Assembly: GCF_036321535.1 (NCBI RefSeq)
Contig: NC_087436.1
Location: forward strand, 56,794,001-56,858,000
Source: Camelus dromedarius
Taxonomy: Eukaryota
Direction: 5' to 3'
Length of the DNA stretch: 64,000 nt
The position numbers and the translations under genes are program-made. This document shows, piece after piece, positions 14,813 through 26,070 of the stretch (position 1 is the first letter of the stretch; each line of letters opens with the position of its first letter). The notes beneath the pieces are model-generated. The model saw only the letters and a list, made by a program, of their open reading frames with translations. It searched no databases and was not told the DNA's origin.

Positions 14813-15000
14813 CTGCTTGGTTTGGCCGTTGCCAGCTTGGTGACTTGATCCCACTGGTGGATCCCAGAGGCTTGAAGGCGGCGGCAGTAGTGAGCCCAGC
14901 TACCCCGGCCACCCCGGCCCTGGCAGAGGCTGGGCTCCCCGGCCCCTCTGGCGCTGCAGCCGCTGGCAGAGCCGACTGCTGAGACAGCTCGTGTGTGATG
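14813..15000 (-). CDS. PDLIM5: PDLIM5 188-nt exon of LIM-containing isoforms (N)ITHELSQQS...AAAFKPLGSTSGIKSPSWQRPNQA
   Basis: ccttttctccccag|CATCACAC...CAAGCAG|gtatgc. Lies within ORF 14775..15044. KSPSWQRPNQ matches PDLIM5. Phase 2 to 1. Confidence 0.95.
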
Positions 15001-16159
15001 CTGGGGAGAAAAGGAAGGAAACGTTTTTGGCGAAGTGGTAGCAATCTAACTTAGCAATGATTCCTTCTTTTCTCAATCGATTAAATCTTGAAGGAGAACA
15101 AATATATTAATTAATTAATTAATGGATATTTTGAAAAAGAAAAACTCTAGTACCATGATTGAGGGGCCGCCTCTCTTTAAAACAGGAAAAAAGAAAAGGA
15201 AAGGAATCAGATTGTAGTTGTTCAATACTTTGGAAATTCTCTTTAAAAGGTCTACCAGGAGAAATTAGGCACTGAAAAACTTGTACAGCCAATTCTTTTA
15301 AATAATAAGCTAATCTCCTATTCCTTCAGAAGAATCATCTAGATGAAAACAGTTAATTTTTGGAGAAACCCTGATAATTTCTACCAAATGGCACAGATGT
15401 TGCTTTCCTCTTTCCCACATTCCTCTGGTAATTTATGAACTAAGTTTCCTGACATCTTACCAGTCACTCTTTTCACTCACGTATCCACTCAGTTACTCAT
15501 TCATTCAATAAATACTCAAGCACCTCCTACATGCCAGACACTGTGCTCCATCCGCATTGGCCTTACAGTGGTAAAAAGAGAGACAACACCCAGTGCTCCG
15601 TGTTCTGACGACAAGAAAACGAGGAACAAGTCTGCCATGGTCCTCTCTCAGTCAGGTATTTGCTTAACAGGAGGTCTTACTGTACTGGTTCCAGATTGAT
15701 TTAGACAATCATAAGGCTTTTATTATCCCAGACATCTATTATTCTTAACTATACATCATCATTTCAAACAAAATAATATCAGGTAGTTCAAATTATAAAA
15801 TATGCTCTTTGGAATGATGCAATACTCTAGCAGTTTCTCTCAAGTGAAGTATAACAATGACAACAACAATAACACATCCTACTAACTTTTCCATAGAAAT
15901 TGAGGTCTGGTTGCTAAATAATTCCATGCACAGAAACTCAATTCCTTCAATAACTGAAACCAATAGCTGGAGGAATCGTTCAATAAAGACATACTACATT
16001 AATACTTCAGTAAATACTATATTAATGACTTCAGTAAAATAAATACCCTTAATTATACCATTTACTTTGAGATTATTTCAACAAAATTTTCAATGCAATC
16101 ATGCCCACTATACTATCAAATGACCAAGAACACCTAATTTCCCCAATGCCTCCTGAATC

Positions 16160-16717
16160 CCAGATAACACCGAACAAAGCAGGTCTGAGGCCGCCTCTCC
16201 TTAGGAAAGGCTGGCTGCAAGGTTGCCCTTTGCCTGGCATGTGGGAACTTGGCTGGTAAACAGTTCCCTAGAGTCATATAAAACTTCCTCTAAAAGATAG
16301 GGTGGCTCATTGTGCCTAAACTATATGAACAATGCGGTAAACACCTGCTTTCCTCCTGTGAGTCTCCAGTTCTGGTATGAACGAGGCCCAGCATGCCTTC
16401 GTAAGGATCCCCAATTAAGTCTGTCTCAGGTACTTGGCTTTTAATGAGCTTCTCTGGTTGACAGCGCTTTGCCTGTCTTGTTCTTACTCATTGCTGGAGG
16501 AATCTACATGTACTATGTGACATCACTGCAACAGGACCTCTAGAAATTTGAACCTCCTTTCTTTAGATTTGGTCCCACGCACCTTTCCCCCTTGCTGATC
16601 ATGCTTTGTACTCTTTCACTGCAATAACTCTTAGTCATGAGCATGACTACAGACCGAGTTCTGTGAGTCCTCCAGTGATTCATCAAACCTAGGGGTGCTT
16701 TTAGTGCACCTCTGCAC
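16160..16717 (+). mobile_element. ERVL-type solo LTR (MER68/MER21-like)
   Basis: GCAGGTCTGAG...CCTTAGGAAAGGC...TGCAAGGTTGCCCTT...GGGAACTTGG, ending GTGAGTCCTCC...CATCAAACCTAGGGGTG. Confidence 0.7.
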
Positions 16718-18806
16718 GAAAACAGTTTTGAAAAATAGTATGGGAGCTACTTTCATTTTCTGGAAATATTATCCTCTATTATTGTTCTCTCAAATTCAGG
16801 TGCAGAAGAGCTATCACCTTCTTTCATCATTTCTAAGCAGAAAGCAGTTTGATGAAAAACTAAAACCTGTTTGATGTTAAAACATACAATGAAAAAATTA
16901 AGTGCTTTAATAATTTTATCATAAATAAAAAGTGAAAGATTGCTTACTCAATAGCAATGCTGAACACAGTTATCAATAAAGATGGCACAATAAATAATAT
17001 TAATGGAAGCAGAGTTTAAGGATTATAGTTGGTGCCTTTTAAAAGATTTGTGATGGACAGATTATTTTACTTCTCTAAGCCTCCATTACCTAAACTTTAA
17101 ATGGGGATACTACTTTGCTCATAAGAGTTCCATGAGACTTAGTAAGAGTTCTCCTTAGATACAAAGGGTGTGCAGTAAATTATAAAGAACCTATAAAAAT
17201 CTAAGTTATAAGCAAGAAAGTTCTTCCAATTACATTTATATTCAGGATTGACTGGCAGAGTTAAATAATCTCTGGAGAAATACAGCTCTATTAACTTAAA
17301 ATATATAATGGAGTAATTGGAGAATACTGGGCTTTACTTAGGCAATCATATATCAGAATATATCATGCCTAGGACTCTAAAACTGAAAAACATTGTTTTC
17401 CCAAATATTTAACCATTTGCTACTATTTAAAGAAAATATATTAAATTATGTATAGTGTACTAAAAATGAAAGAATTAATAAAACTACTAGCTATACAATT
17501 TTATATCTGGGAATAAATGTTATCAATAATCAATAATCGCAAAATATTTCAAACTGATGACTAATTTATTAACATGCCATGATTACTTATTTCTGAAATC
17601 ATGACTAATATATATTTTCCCTAAATTTAAATTGTTTGAGGTATACCTAAATTCTGAACAAAATTAAAATGCTTTCTAAAAGATGCTAACGAGGAAACCA
17701 GAGCAAATCCATAAATACCCTTGGTTAACATCACAGAAGCTAAGAATCAAATATGGTCATTTTCAATAATGTGCCAAATAAGCACTAAAATGAAATGTTA
17801 AATTAATAAGTCTTCTATCTCAAGAATACTGAAGTTTCTGTTTCATATTTCAAAAACTGAAAATGGAGAAACATATACTGATAGAGCAAAGGTTTCTTTT
17901 CAAAACTGAACTAATGGGGAAAAAATAAGGAAAAAACAAGTAAATTTCAGTGTAAGCAACCTGAGTTATCTTGAGTTTACATTCTTTTCCCACATTTGTT
18001 TAACTACTACAGCAAATACATTTCAGTTGCAGTTGGGACCAATTGGAAATTTCAAGTCTGTTTTCAAAGGAAAAATCCTGCTCAAAGAATAATCTTGAAG
18101 TAAATTTATTCCAATTTCATGTTTACATTTTTTTAAAGGCAGCTGTACACTACAGATTTAATTATGTCAATATTTAAACAGTTTTTTAGCCAAAGTTTCA
18201 CAAAAATTGATACACTTATACACAGATTCTTAAGTGGCAGGAGAGGAGTATTTCTGGAAGGTCAGAACCATAAGCAACTTATAGTTTTAATAGAATTCTT
18301 CTGTCAAAACTCTATAAAAGGACCTAGAAAAACAGAACAGTCATGAGATGCCTTCCTTCCAGAATTCTGTTTACAAGAAAATTTTTTGTATTTTCCTAAG
18401 CAAAATTCTTTAACTTAGACTTTCTGTATCAAAACTCGACATGCTAAATATACTACAATGGAGAGAAGCAAGTCTGGTATTATACTACACTTCATTATAA
18501 TTTTAAAGATTACTGTCATACAAAAGCAAAAATCAGAGATAAAATACCTCTGACATTAGCCCAACTGCTCTTTTTGGTACTCTTCCCACTGAGGCAGCAA
18601 GGGCTCCTCAGGACACCCTGTATCCCTGCTGTGCAAGATGCCAACTAGCTTACCTTGCCGAGAACCATTTTCCTTTTTCAAATATCAAAATATATTTAGT
18701 TTGTGCCCACTGCTGTTAATAAAAGGTAACGAAAATGACTACTAACACTTGCTCTAGAAATGGGTCCATAGATAAATATTCAGTCAGTCTATAACTGCAG
18801 GCCTAC

Positions 18807-19233
18807 TTTTTTTTTTTTAAACAAAAAGTTCATTTCAACAATAAGACGCCTGAGTTGAAGCAAAAACTATCTAGGATTCATTTCTTTTAGAGCAGCTCAC
18901 CCTGCTGCAAGACACACTGCCTTACATGTAACAACTACAGGTCAAAAAGTTACACAATTATCCTCGGTTTACAATGGTAAATGAAAAACGTTAAAATTCT
19001 CCAATCAAACAAGGTATGCAAGGATTTTATGTTGTTCTTTTTCTGTTAAACGGTGAGGACAAGATAACTCACTGGAATACAAAGCTATCAGCTGAAAAAG
19101 CATGGAGAAGGGAGCAGTAAAGTGGAGAAAGGGGTATTTTCTCATAAGCAGTATTTTCCCCCATCCTATCTTATTGAATGTCAATCAAAACACACCGTAG
19201 GCCATTTTACTAAAAAGAAATGCAACAGATGCT
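18807..19233 (-). pseudogene. SUMO2 (retrocopy fragment): 5'-truncated processed retrocopy of the SUMO2 3' UTR with poly(A) tail
   Basis: Minus strand reads GTTTTGATTGACAT...GAAAATACCCCTTTCTCCA...ATCCTTGCATACCTTGTTTGATTGGAGAATTTTAA...GAATCCTAGATAGTTTT...TTGTTT, then an A-tail. Collinear with the SUMO2 mRNA 3' end as I remember it. No CDS is present. Confidence 0.75.
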
Positions 19234-19465
19234 CTTCTGGAGAGAGAATTTAGAGCATTCCATTAGGTTCTCAAAGGGTCTTTTTATTCCAAGTGTGATC
19301 AGTAACCTGCCTTTGTACAGACTCAGCTCTGACAATGTACTATGCCTGCTCATTTAACAATCACAATGCCACAAATATAATTTCAGGTTTTATTTTCTTA
19401 GAGGGAAATGTACAATGATCTCTTTTCCCCCTGTTTAAACACCTCCCTTAAAAGTTATCATATAA

Positions 19466-19943
19466 TTTTATTGCACTCTGTTTTACAGTGCTTTGCACAT
19501 ACTGCATTTTACAAATTGAAGGTTTATAGCAATCTTGCATCAAGCAAGTCTATAGGCACCATTTTTCCAAAAGCATCTGCTGCTTACTTACTCTGTGTCT
19601 CTGTGTCACATTCTGGTAATCCTCAAAATAGTCCAAACTTTTTCATTATTAATATACTTGTTACTGTGATCTGGGATCAGTGATCTTTGATGCTACTATT
19701 GCAAAAAGATTATGATTCTTGGAAGGCTCAGATCATGGTTAGCATTTTTAAGCAATAAAATATTTTAAATTAAGGTATGTGCATTAGTTTTTTAGACATA
19801 CGCTATTGTACACTTAACAGAAGACAGTATAGTGTAAACATAATTTTATGCACTGAGAAACCAAAAAATTTGTGACTTGCTTTATTGCGATCTTTATTAC
19901 CGTGGTCTGGAATCAAACCCCTAATCTCTCTGTGGCATGCCTG
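19466..19943 (+). mobile_element. Internally deleted Tigger1-family DNA transposon
   Basis: TTTTACAAATTGAAGGTTT...GGCACCATTTTTCCAA 5' part joined to the 3' end AATTAAGGTATGT...GTGGTCTGGAA...GGCATGCCTG|TA. Confidence 0.85.
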
Positions 19944-20674
19944 TAATTAAGCATATTGAGAACATCTGTAACAGTGGGTAGGACAAACATTTGATCAACA
20001 GACAGCCTATGTCATATCTGGCTTTTACTGATTATAGTCACAGTTCTGTACTCTGCCATTAATTTTATGTTCTGTTGTAAATAATTTTGTAGTTATTTCA
20101 CTAAGGTTACACTTTTAGTAAGCACTTGAGATATTTTCATTTTTACATTATACCTAATAATTCTGGCGTAATTGTTCAGTTTAGGAGAAAAATCATTTTT
20201 TGTGTTCTAGTATTTCCCAGATATGGTGAAAATTAAGTTGTTTGCCCAAGTAAAACCTTCATATTTCAGAACTATAAGATAGTAGCCAATCAAAACCAAT
20301 TATCTCATTATTCTTGTTCATCTTTTTCAAAAAGTATAAAGGTATGTTTTATTAAACATTTAAGCATTCTCGTATGGCTCCATCCATGCGATTTAAAAAC
20401 AGGGTTCTATTGGAACTCAGATACTTGCACAATTACTCATAATTTCAAACCAAACATCAAGTGTGCTAATAAAAGATGTCACAAAGGATTAAAAGGCACG
20501 TTAATAATCATACAAAATAACATGCTTGTACGTTATCACTGCATTGGAATTACAGTTAATTTAAACTGGACACAAATCAGCTCTAGAATTTTCTTATCTC
20601 GGCTGTTAATACGGTGGTGTCAGTGTTAGACCTTTCATAGCAAACCACCCCTGTGATGTCTGCTCCCCCAGTAC

Positions 20675-20806
20675 CTGGTCTTCTTAACATGGACAGAACC
20701 AGCTGATTTCCTCGAGGGCTGGAGATACGAAAAAGCTAAAGGCTTGGAAACAGGACTGATGCAAAGTGCATCCAGGAGTGAGTGATATTTTTCAGGACTG
20801 GAGAGC
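20675..20806 (-). CDS. PDLIM5: PDLIM5 cassette exon C (132 nt) (R)LSSPEKYHSLLDALCISPVSKPLAFSYLQPSRKSAGSVHVKKT(S)
   Basis: gctcaccag|GCTCTCCAGT...AAGACCAG|gtactg, open in phase 2 to 2. Confidence 0.82.
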
Positions 20807-20994
20807 CTGGTGAGCGTTTAGAAAGAGTTTTAGGTTGAAAAATCACACTACCAATAGCAGAAAGTACGTAATTTTTATAGCTTGTGATTTGAAACATCTC
20901 GAGAGAGATAGAGAGGGACAGAGACAGAGAACAAAGCAGTAGAAAGGATGAAAAGAAGAGTCTGTTATACTATTTTACTCATTAATATAGAATT

Positions 20995-21091
20995 GAGGGT
21001 GGTTATAGAACAGTGGTAGAGTGCATGCTTAGCATGCAGGAGGTCCTAGGTTCAATCCCCAGTACCTCCATCAAAAAAAAAAAAGAAAAAA
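20995..21091 (+). mobile_element. tRNA-Ala(AGC)-derived SINE with A-tail (camelid Vic-1-like)
   Basis: TATAGAACAGTGGTAGAGTGCATGCTTAGCATGCAGGAGGTCCTAGGTTCAATCCCCAGTACCTCCA, followed by poly(A). Diverged A box, B box GGTTCAATCC. Confidence 0.85.
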
Positions 21092-21676
21092 CCCAGAGAT
21101 TTAAACATGTATTAAAAAACACATATATAATTGATTAAATTTTCACCAAAATTGATCAGGGCAATCTTTTGGAAAGCATTTAAAGCGATAAAGACTACTA
21201 CAAATTATGTAAAAACAAAACCCGTAACAATAAAAAGGCTGTATTCTTTTTATGGGAGGAAGGAGTGTTAGATCACCCACTCTAGATCACCCTCAAACAC
21301 AACCAGTTTGTGGGAGCTGATAAAACCAACAGAAACTTAAAATACCTATTTATGCTTGATTCTGTTCCAGATATAAAAATTAAAAATGATAAAAACCCAA
21401 AAGTCGATAGGCACACAACATGCAATAATCCATGCAACTGAGAAGTATCACAGATAAATGGTAGCAATGGAAAGAGATAAAAAGAACGATTTAAAGAAAA
21501 ATCAGTAATAAATATCATAGGATATATTCACAGCCTAGATAACATATCCCCGTACAATTAAGATCTTGTAATAGCGCTGTGACCCTTTGAAATGGGCACG
21601 TTTTCTTGGAGGTGAGCTGTAAGACAGTGGAAAGCACTGGATTCACGGCAGACGCACATTGTACACGTAGTTCTAC

Positions 21677-21817
21677 CTGGTTTTTGCAGCGAGAACAGCA
21701 GACACAGTGGCGGCCGCGCTGCTCAGAACGGCAGCACTGTATCTGGCAGGAGAAGGCAAGGCAGACAAGTTTCGAAAACCTTCCAAAGAACTTGACGCCA
21801 CCTTTCTTGTGGAGCTG
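21677..21817 (-). CDS. PDLIM5: PDLIM5 cassette exon B (141 nt, or 138 nt from 21814) SSTRKVASSSLEGFRNLSALPSPARYSAAVLSSAAATVSAVLAAKT(R)
   Basis: Lies within ORF 21673..21915. Donor AAAACCAG|gtagaa. Acceptor is tandem aag|cag|. Phase 2 to 2. Start position is uncertain. Confidence 0.78.
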
Positions 21818-21979
21818 CTTAAATTGATCAGTAGAGAAAAACAGGAGAGGAACAAAAAGGAAAGTGAGAAGAGGTAGCACAATACAGGTAAGAAAGCAAC
21901 CTTCCTACGCGTCACACGTGTAAAAGGAGTTCTGGTCCTTTATTTCCTGTCACTGTGATTTCTCTCGGAAATTAAAATC

Positions 21980-22183
21980 TGATGTGTAATCCTCCATAAA
22001 ACTGATTTTATGAACACAGAAACATTTCTTAATGTATTTAAGTTCTCTGTCTCTAGTCCTACTTGAATCAGTATCATGTAATAACATTCATTTGAAGATT
22101 GATTCGTCAACAACTAAGTAGAAAATAAATCCAAACGTGAAGTGTGAATTCCCATAAGCAGAGAAAGAAGGAAGGTTATGTCA
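21980..22183 (+). repeat. Direct repeat copy 1 (204 bp)
   Basis: Near-identical to 23046-23250, about 12 differences by eye. Confidence 0.95.
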
Positions 22184-23045
22184 ATTTTTCCAAAAAGTCT
22201 CTACATTAGGAGTTTTACTGTAGAGATGATATACACCCAGGACCTGACATTTTAATGAGACTCGTGTTTTCAGGAGAAGCAGATACAACCAGCTGCCTAT
22301 TCAGAAGCAGCAATACGTATTAATACAGACAAGAAATAACTTTAAAATATTGAGAGTAAAGCTATTTGGGGGGGCAGGCGTCTGTGTAAAATATTAACAG
22401 CAGTTACAGTGAATATGACTTCAACATCACCTTCTCTGCTCATGTTCTGTATTTCTGTTTTCAGTTAGCTCTGTAAAGATTTAAAAATGCTGGTACTAAA
22501 TTTTACCTTCAGAATTCTTATTATTTAAAATAATAATTCTTTTCCTTTGGTCTTTTAGAAAAGGTCAAACATTTGGACAGGAATTAACATTTCATCATTA
22601 GGACTTTATGACTTTTCAAATTTGGTTATCAAATTGGAATTGAGCATTTCTTTTTTATTAAGTAAAACGGAGGTCTAAAATGCACAAGGTGAAACCTGTG
22701 TCTCTTTTCTTCATTTATGAGCACAAGTTCTTAGTGAATATTCCCACTAAACTCTGATTACTTTCTCCAGAATCTGTTGACAACAGCCACCTCTAGCACA
22801 AAGTAATTATACATCAAATTCAACCCCAGCTAACGAGAGCTCAGATGTCTAAAACTGTGAGGGTTGACACACGTCTCTTCTACATTTTAGAAGAATTTGA
22901 TAATCCATGATTCCTAGTTCCACTGGCTACAGTTTTACAAACCATTAGAAGACATTAAAAAAAAAACCAGTGGCAAGCCATTAAATATATATACACACAC
23001 ACATAGAATTGTTAAACTTTAAGTATAACTTTTTGCTAAGTCTAA

Positions 23046-23250
23046 TGATGTATAATCCTCCATAAAACTGATTTTATGAACATACAAACATTTTTTAATG
23101 TATTTAAGTTCACTGTCTCTAGTCCTACTTGAATCAGTATCACATAACAACATTCATTTGAAGATTGATTTGTCAACAACTAAGTAGAAAATAAATCCAA
23201 ACATGAAGTGTGAATTCCCATAAGCAGAGAAAAAAAGGAAGGTTATGTCA
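23046..23250 (+). repeat. Direct repeat copy 2 (205 bp)
   Basis: TGATGT..AATCCTCCATAAAACTG...GGAAGGTTATGTCA shared with 21980-22183. Confidence 0.95.
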
Positions 23251-23995
23251 CCTGCTGTGAATGGCTAGAAAATAAAGAATGAGGCTGACAAAGAGAAAAG
23301 AAAGATGCTATCAGTGGCAGAGCAGGGGAATGAGTGTCATGTAAAGCAGAATAAAGTTATCAAGTGATTCAACTTTGAGTTTCTCAATTACTCTCCATCT
23401 CTGAGGTAACAGCTACTACTTGAGGGGAGTAATGGTGCATAATAATGAGACACATCAGTCTATAAGCAGGTCAGCTAAAAAAAAAAAATCAGCTAAATTA
23501 TCCTTCTCCTGCCAGAAGAAAAGGAAAGTGTGATGAATTTGTTTCATCACATTGTATCACAATAATATAAAAGGACTGGGTGTCAGCAGGGTCTAGTAAA
23601 ATCTTACAAGAATTAACCTGAGTACCTTTAGACTATGTCTGCGCACCTGGAACATACAATCTCTATTGCTCCTTTTTTAGAGGTAAATGCTCTAATTCAG
23701 TAAGGTAGACTTCTAACAAGCTCAGGAAAGTTGACTTTCCAAATCACAGAGAATAAATAAAAGAAACAGATTTCCTGACTCTAAATGAGAACTTAGAATC
23801 TAAACAAAAAGTAAAAAATATAAAAGCAGTAGAAAGCAGTGTTCCAAGGCTGAGTGCCAAGCTTTCTTGTCTATATATTAGTGATGTCAGTTCTGTAATC
23901 TATGATCACTCTTTCCTTTTTAGTCAAACAGTTTTAGTATTTAGTTTCACTGCCAGCATTAAAATTTAGACATACCAAGAGGAAGAAAACTCTAC

Positions 23996-24112
23996 CTAGA
24001 ATATGTGGTTACTTTAGAAAGTGTAGCTACGTGGCTACCAATATGTGAAACCTGAGGAGTTGCAGGTGGGTGAGGTCCACTCTTAGGTAGGTCTTCCAGA
24101 GAACTGTCAAAC
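23996..24112 (-). CDS. PDLIM5: PDLIM5 cassette exon A (117 nt) (K)FDSSLEDLPKSGPHPPATPQVSHIGSHVATLSKVTTYS(S)
   Basis: aaaactcag|GTTTGACAGT...TATTCTAG|gtagag, open in phase 2 to 2. Resembles the remembered long mouse ENH insert KFDSALEDLPKSGPHPPATPQV. Confidence 0.82.
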
Positions 24113-25147
24113 CTGAGTTTTCAGAAGTAAAATAAACAAGGCAAAGGAAATATTAATGAAAAGCACAGACATTTATCATTTATACTACCTTAAAAGTACA
24201 CTGGTTCCATTTTGGAATACTGTTAGGTTTCTTTTTTTTTTTTTTTAAGCTTCATATCTACATAAAGTTAAAACCAACACCATCACCCTCACCACCACCA
24301 AACATAGGCTGTTCTACCCCCCAATTTTTTTTAACATGGTGACTTCCATGTGATAACAGATATGCTCACAGAGGAAGAAGGGTGGATGGGAATTTCCTAT
24401 GTATTTTGCATGCTTCAAGAAAACTCAAGCTCAAAGAAATCAAGTTGCCCAATATCATATACCTAAAGGGTCAGGTGGAATTTGAACCAAGTCTGTCTGT
24501 ACGAGTTCCATTACATAATGCTTTCTAACATCTTGTGGGGCTGAGCAGTGGACCACATGAAAGCAACTAGGGATCTCCTTTCAAGTCAGAATGGTGTGTT
24601 TGCAGATCTGAGATTATATGGATGTTGTTTATCTTGATGTAAAACAAAGTATTTCACCCAGTCACACAACAAATGTTTGCATGCAACTGTGTTGTTTGAA
24701 TATTTTTCATTTTTTCCTTCTGATGTCTTTACCATATTTAATTTTGAATGCCAGGATTTTACTTTAGAAGAAGTATTACCAGATAAAGAAAGGATGAAAA
24801 ATTCAGGGTGAGGTTTGAAAGAAGAAAGCACCAAGTATAACACTTTGGGAAGAAAAAAATAAATAGGGAAAGTATAAAATTACCCATTTTTTAAAAAGCC
24901 TGTAGATAAAGATAGAATGGGTCAGTCATTATACTGATTTTCAAGTGGAAAAATTAACACTAAGATAAAGAAACAGAAAAGAAGAGGTTATATTCCCACT
25001 TTTTCTTTAACATTGGCCATACCTCTACCAGAGTGTTGAAAAAAAAAAAAGTAGACAACTTAAGAAAAATGTCATGGTAGAACCAAAACATCCTTTAAGA
25101 GGTAGAGCAGAAAAAGTTAAAAGAATAAGAAACATTAAGTCCTATAA

Positions 25148-25465
25148 CACGGCTCAGCAAACCATGGCTCTCAGGTCAAGTTCAACCTGTCTCCCATCTT
25201 TTTATGGCCTGGAAACTAAGAATGGTTTTTATATTTGTAAATTGTTTTCAAAAAATGAAAAGAAGATTTCATGACACATATAAACTATATGAAATTGAAA
25301 TTGCAGCATCCATAAATAAAGTTTTACTGAACATAGCCAGGTTCCACTTACGTATGTCTGTGGCCACTTTCACAAAACAAAGAACTGAGTAGTTGCAACA
25401 GACCATATGACTCACAAAATCTAGTTACTATCTGGCTTTTTACAATAAAGGTTGGCTGACCCCTG
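25148..25465. mobile_element. MER58B-like hAT-Charlie element
   Basis: CTAAGAATGGTTTTTA...CCATAAATAAAGTTTTA...GAGTAGTTGCAACAGACC...GCTGACCCCTG. Confidence 0.8.
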
Positions 25466-25489
25466 TTCCAGAGAATAAGATCTCCAAGC

Positions 25490-26070
25490 AGCTACTAGAG
25501 TGAACCTTTAAAAACACAAATCTGAACCTGTCTGTTGTTTAGATGCTTTCAGCACTGCTCTAAGGACAGCTGTGATCATGGGCTACCTATTGCTAGCCTC
25601 ATCTGATGGAGTCTTCTGTCTGGCTTGCTATAGTCCCAACTGGTCTTCCATCTCCTCTTAAACAGGCCAAGCTTCTTCCCACCTCAAGGCCTCTGTGTAG
25701 TCTCTTCATTCTCACTTTCTATACCCACCACTCTGCCACACCTTCACTACACTAATTCTTAAGTATCCTTCTGGCCTTAGTTTAAATGTCACCTCCTCAG
25801 GGAGGCCTCCCTGGTTTCCCAAATCCCCTAAAGGTTGCCCATGTCATATGCTTTCGTAACACCCTGTACTTCTTCTTCACAGAATTTGGTCTTACTATAA
25901 TTATACAGTTTGTGTAGTTATTGGTTTAAATCTGGACTCCTTTGCCAATCAGAAGCTCCCTGAGGTTAGGGACTGCTATGTTTACCGGTATAAATGAAGT
26001 GTAACAAAGTGCTTAACATACAGTAAACAAAAAATAAGTATTTGATGGATAAATGCATGAAAGAAATGTA
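25490..26070 (+). mobile_element. L2 3' end fragment
   Basis: CCCACCTCAAGGCCTCTG...AAATGTCACCTCCTCAGGGAGGCCTCCCTG...AAGCTCCCTGAGG...TGGATAAATGCATGAA. Confidence 0.65.

Noticed and set aside
20995..21070. Functional tRNA-Ala gene
   Set aside because: The acceptor and D stems are mismatched, and the body is followed by a poly(A) tail rather than a T-run terminator. This fits a SINE or retroposed copy.
21515..21880. 121-aa minus and 73-aa plus ORFs overlapping cassette exon B
   Set aside because: They are alternative frames of a GC-rich exon. Only the SPARYSAAV frame fits the splice phases.
23970..23995. Alternative GTATGT donor 20 nt downstream of exon A
   Set aside because: Its use would include an in-frame TAG and shift the frame. 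Nothing in the sequence shows that it is used.
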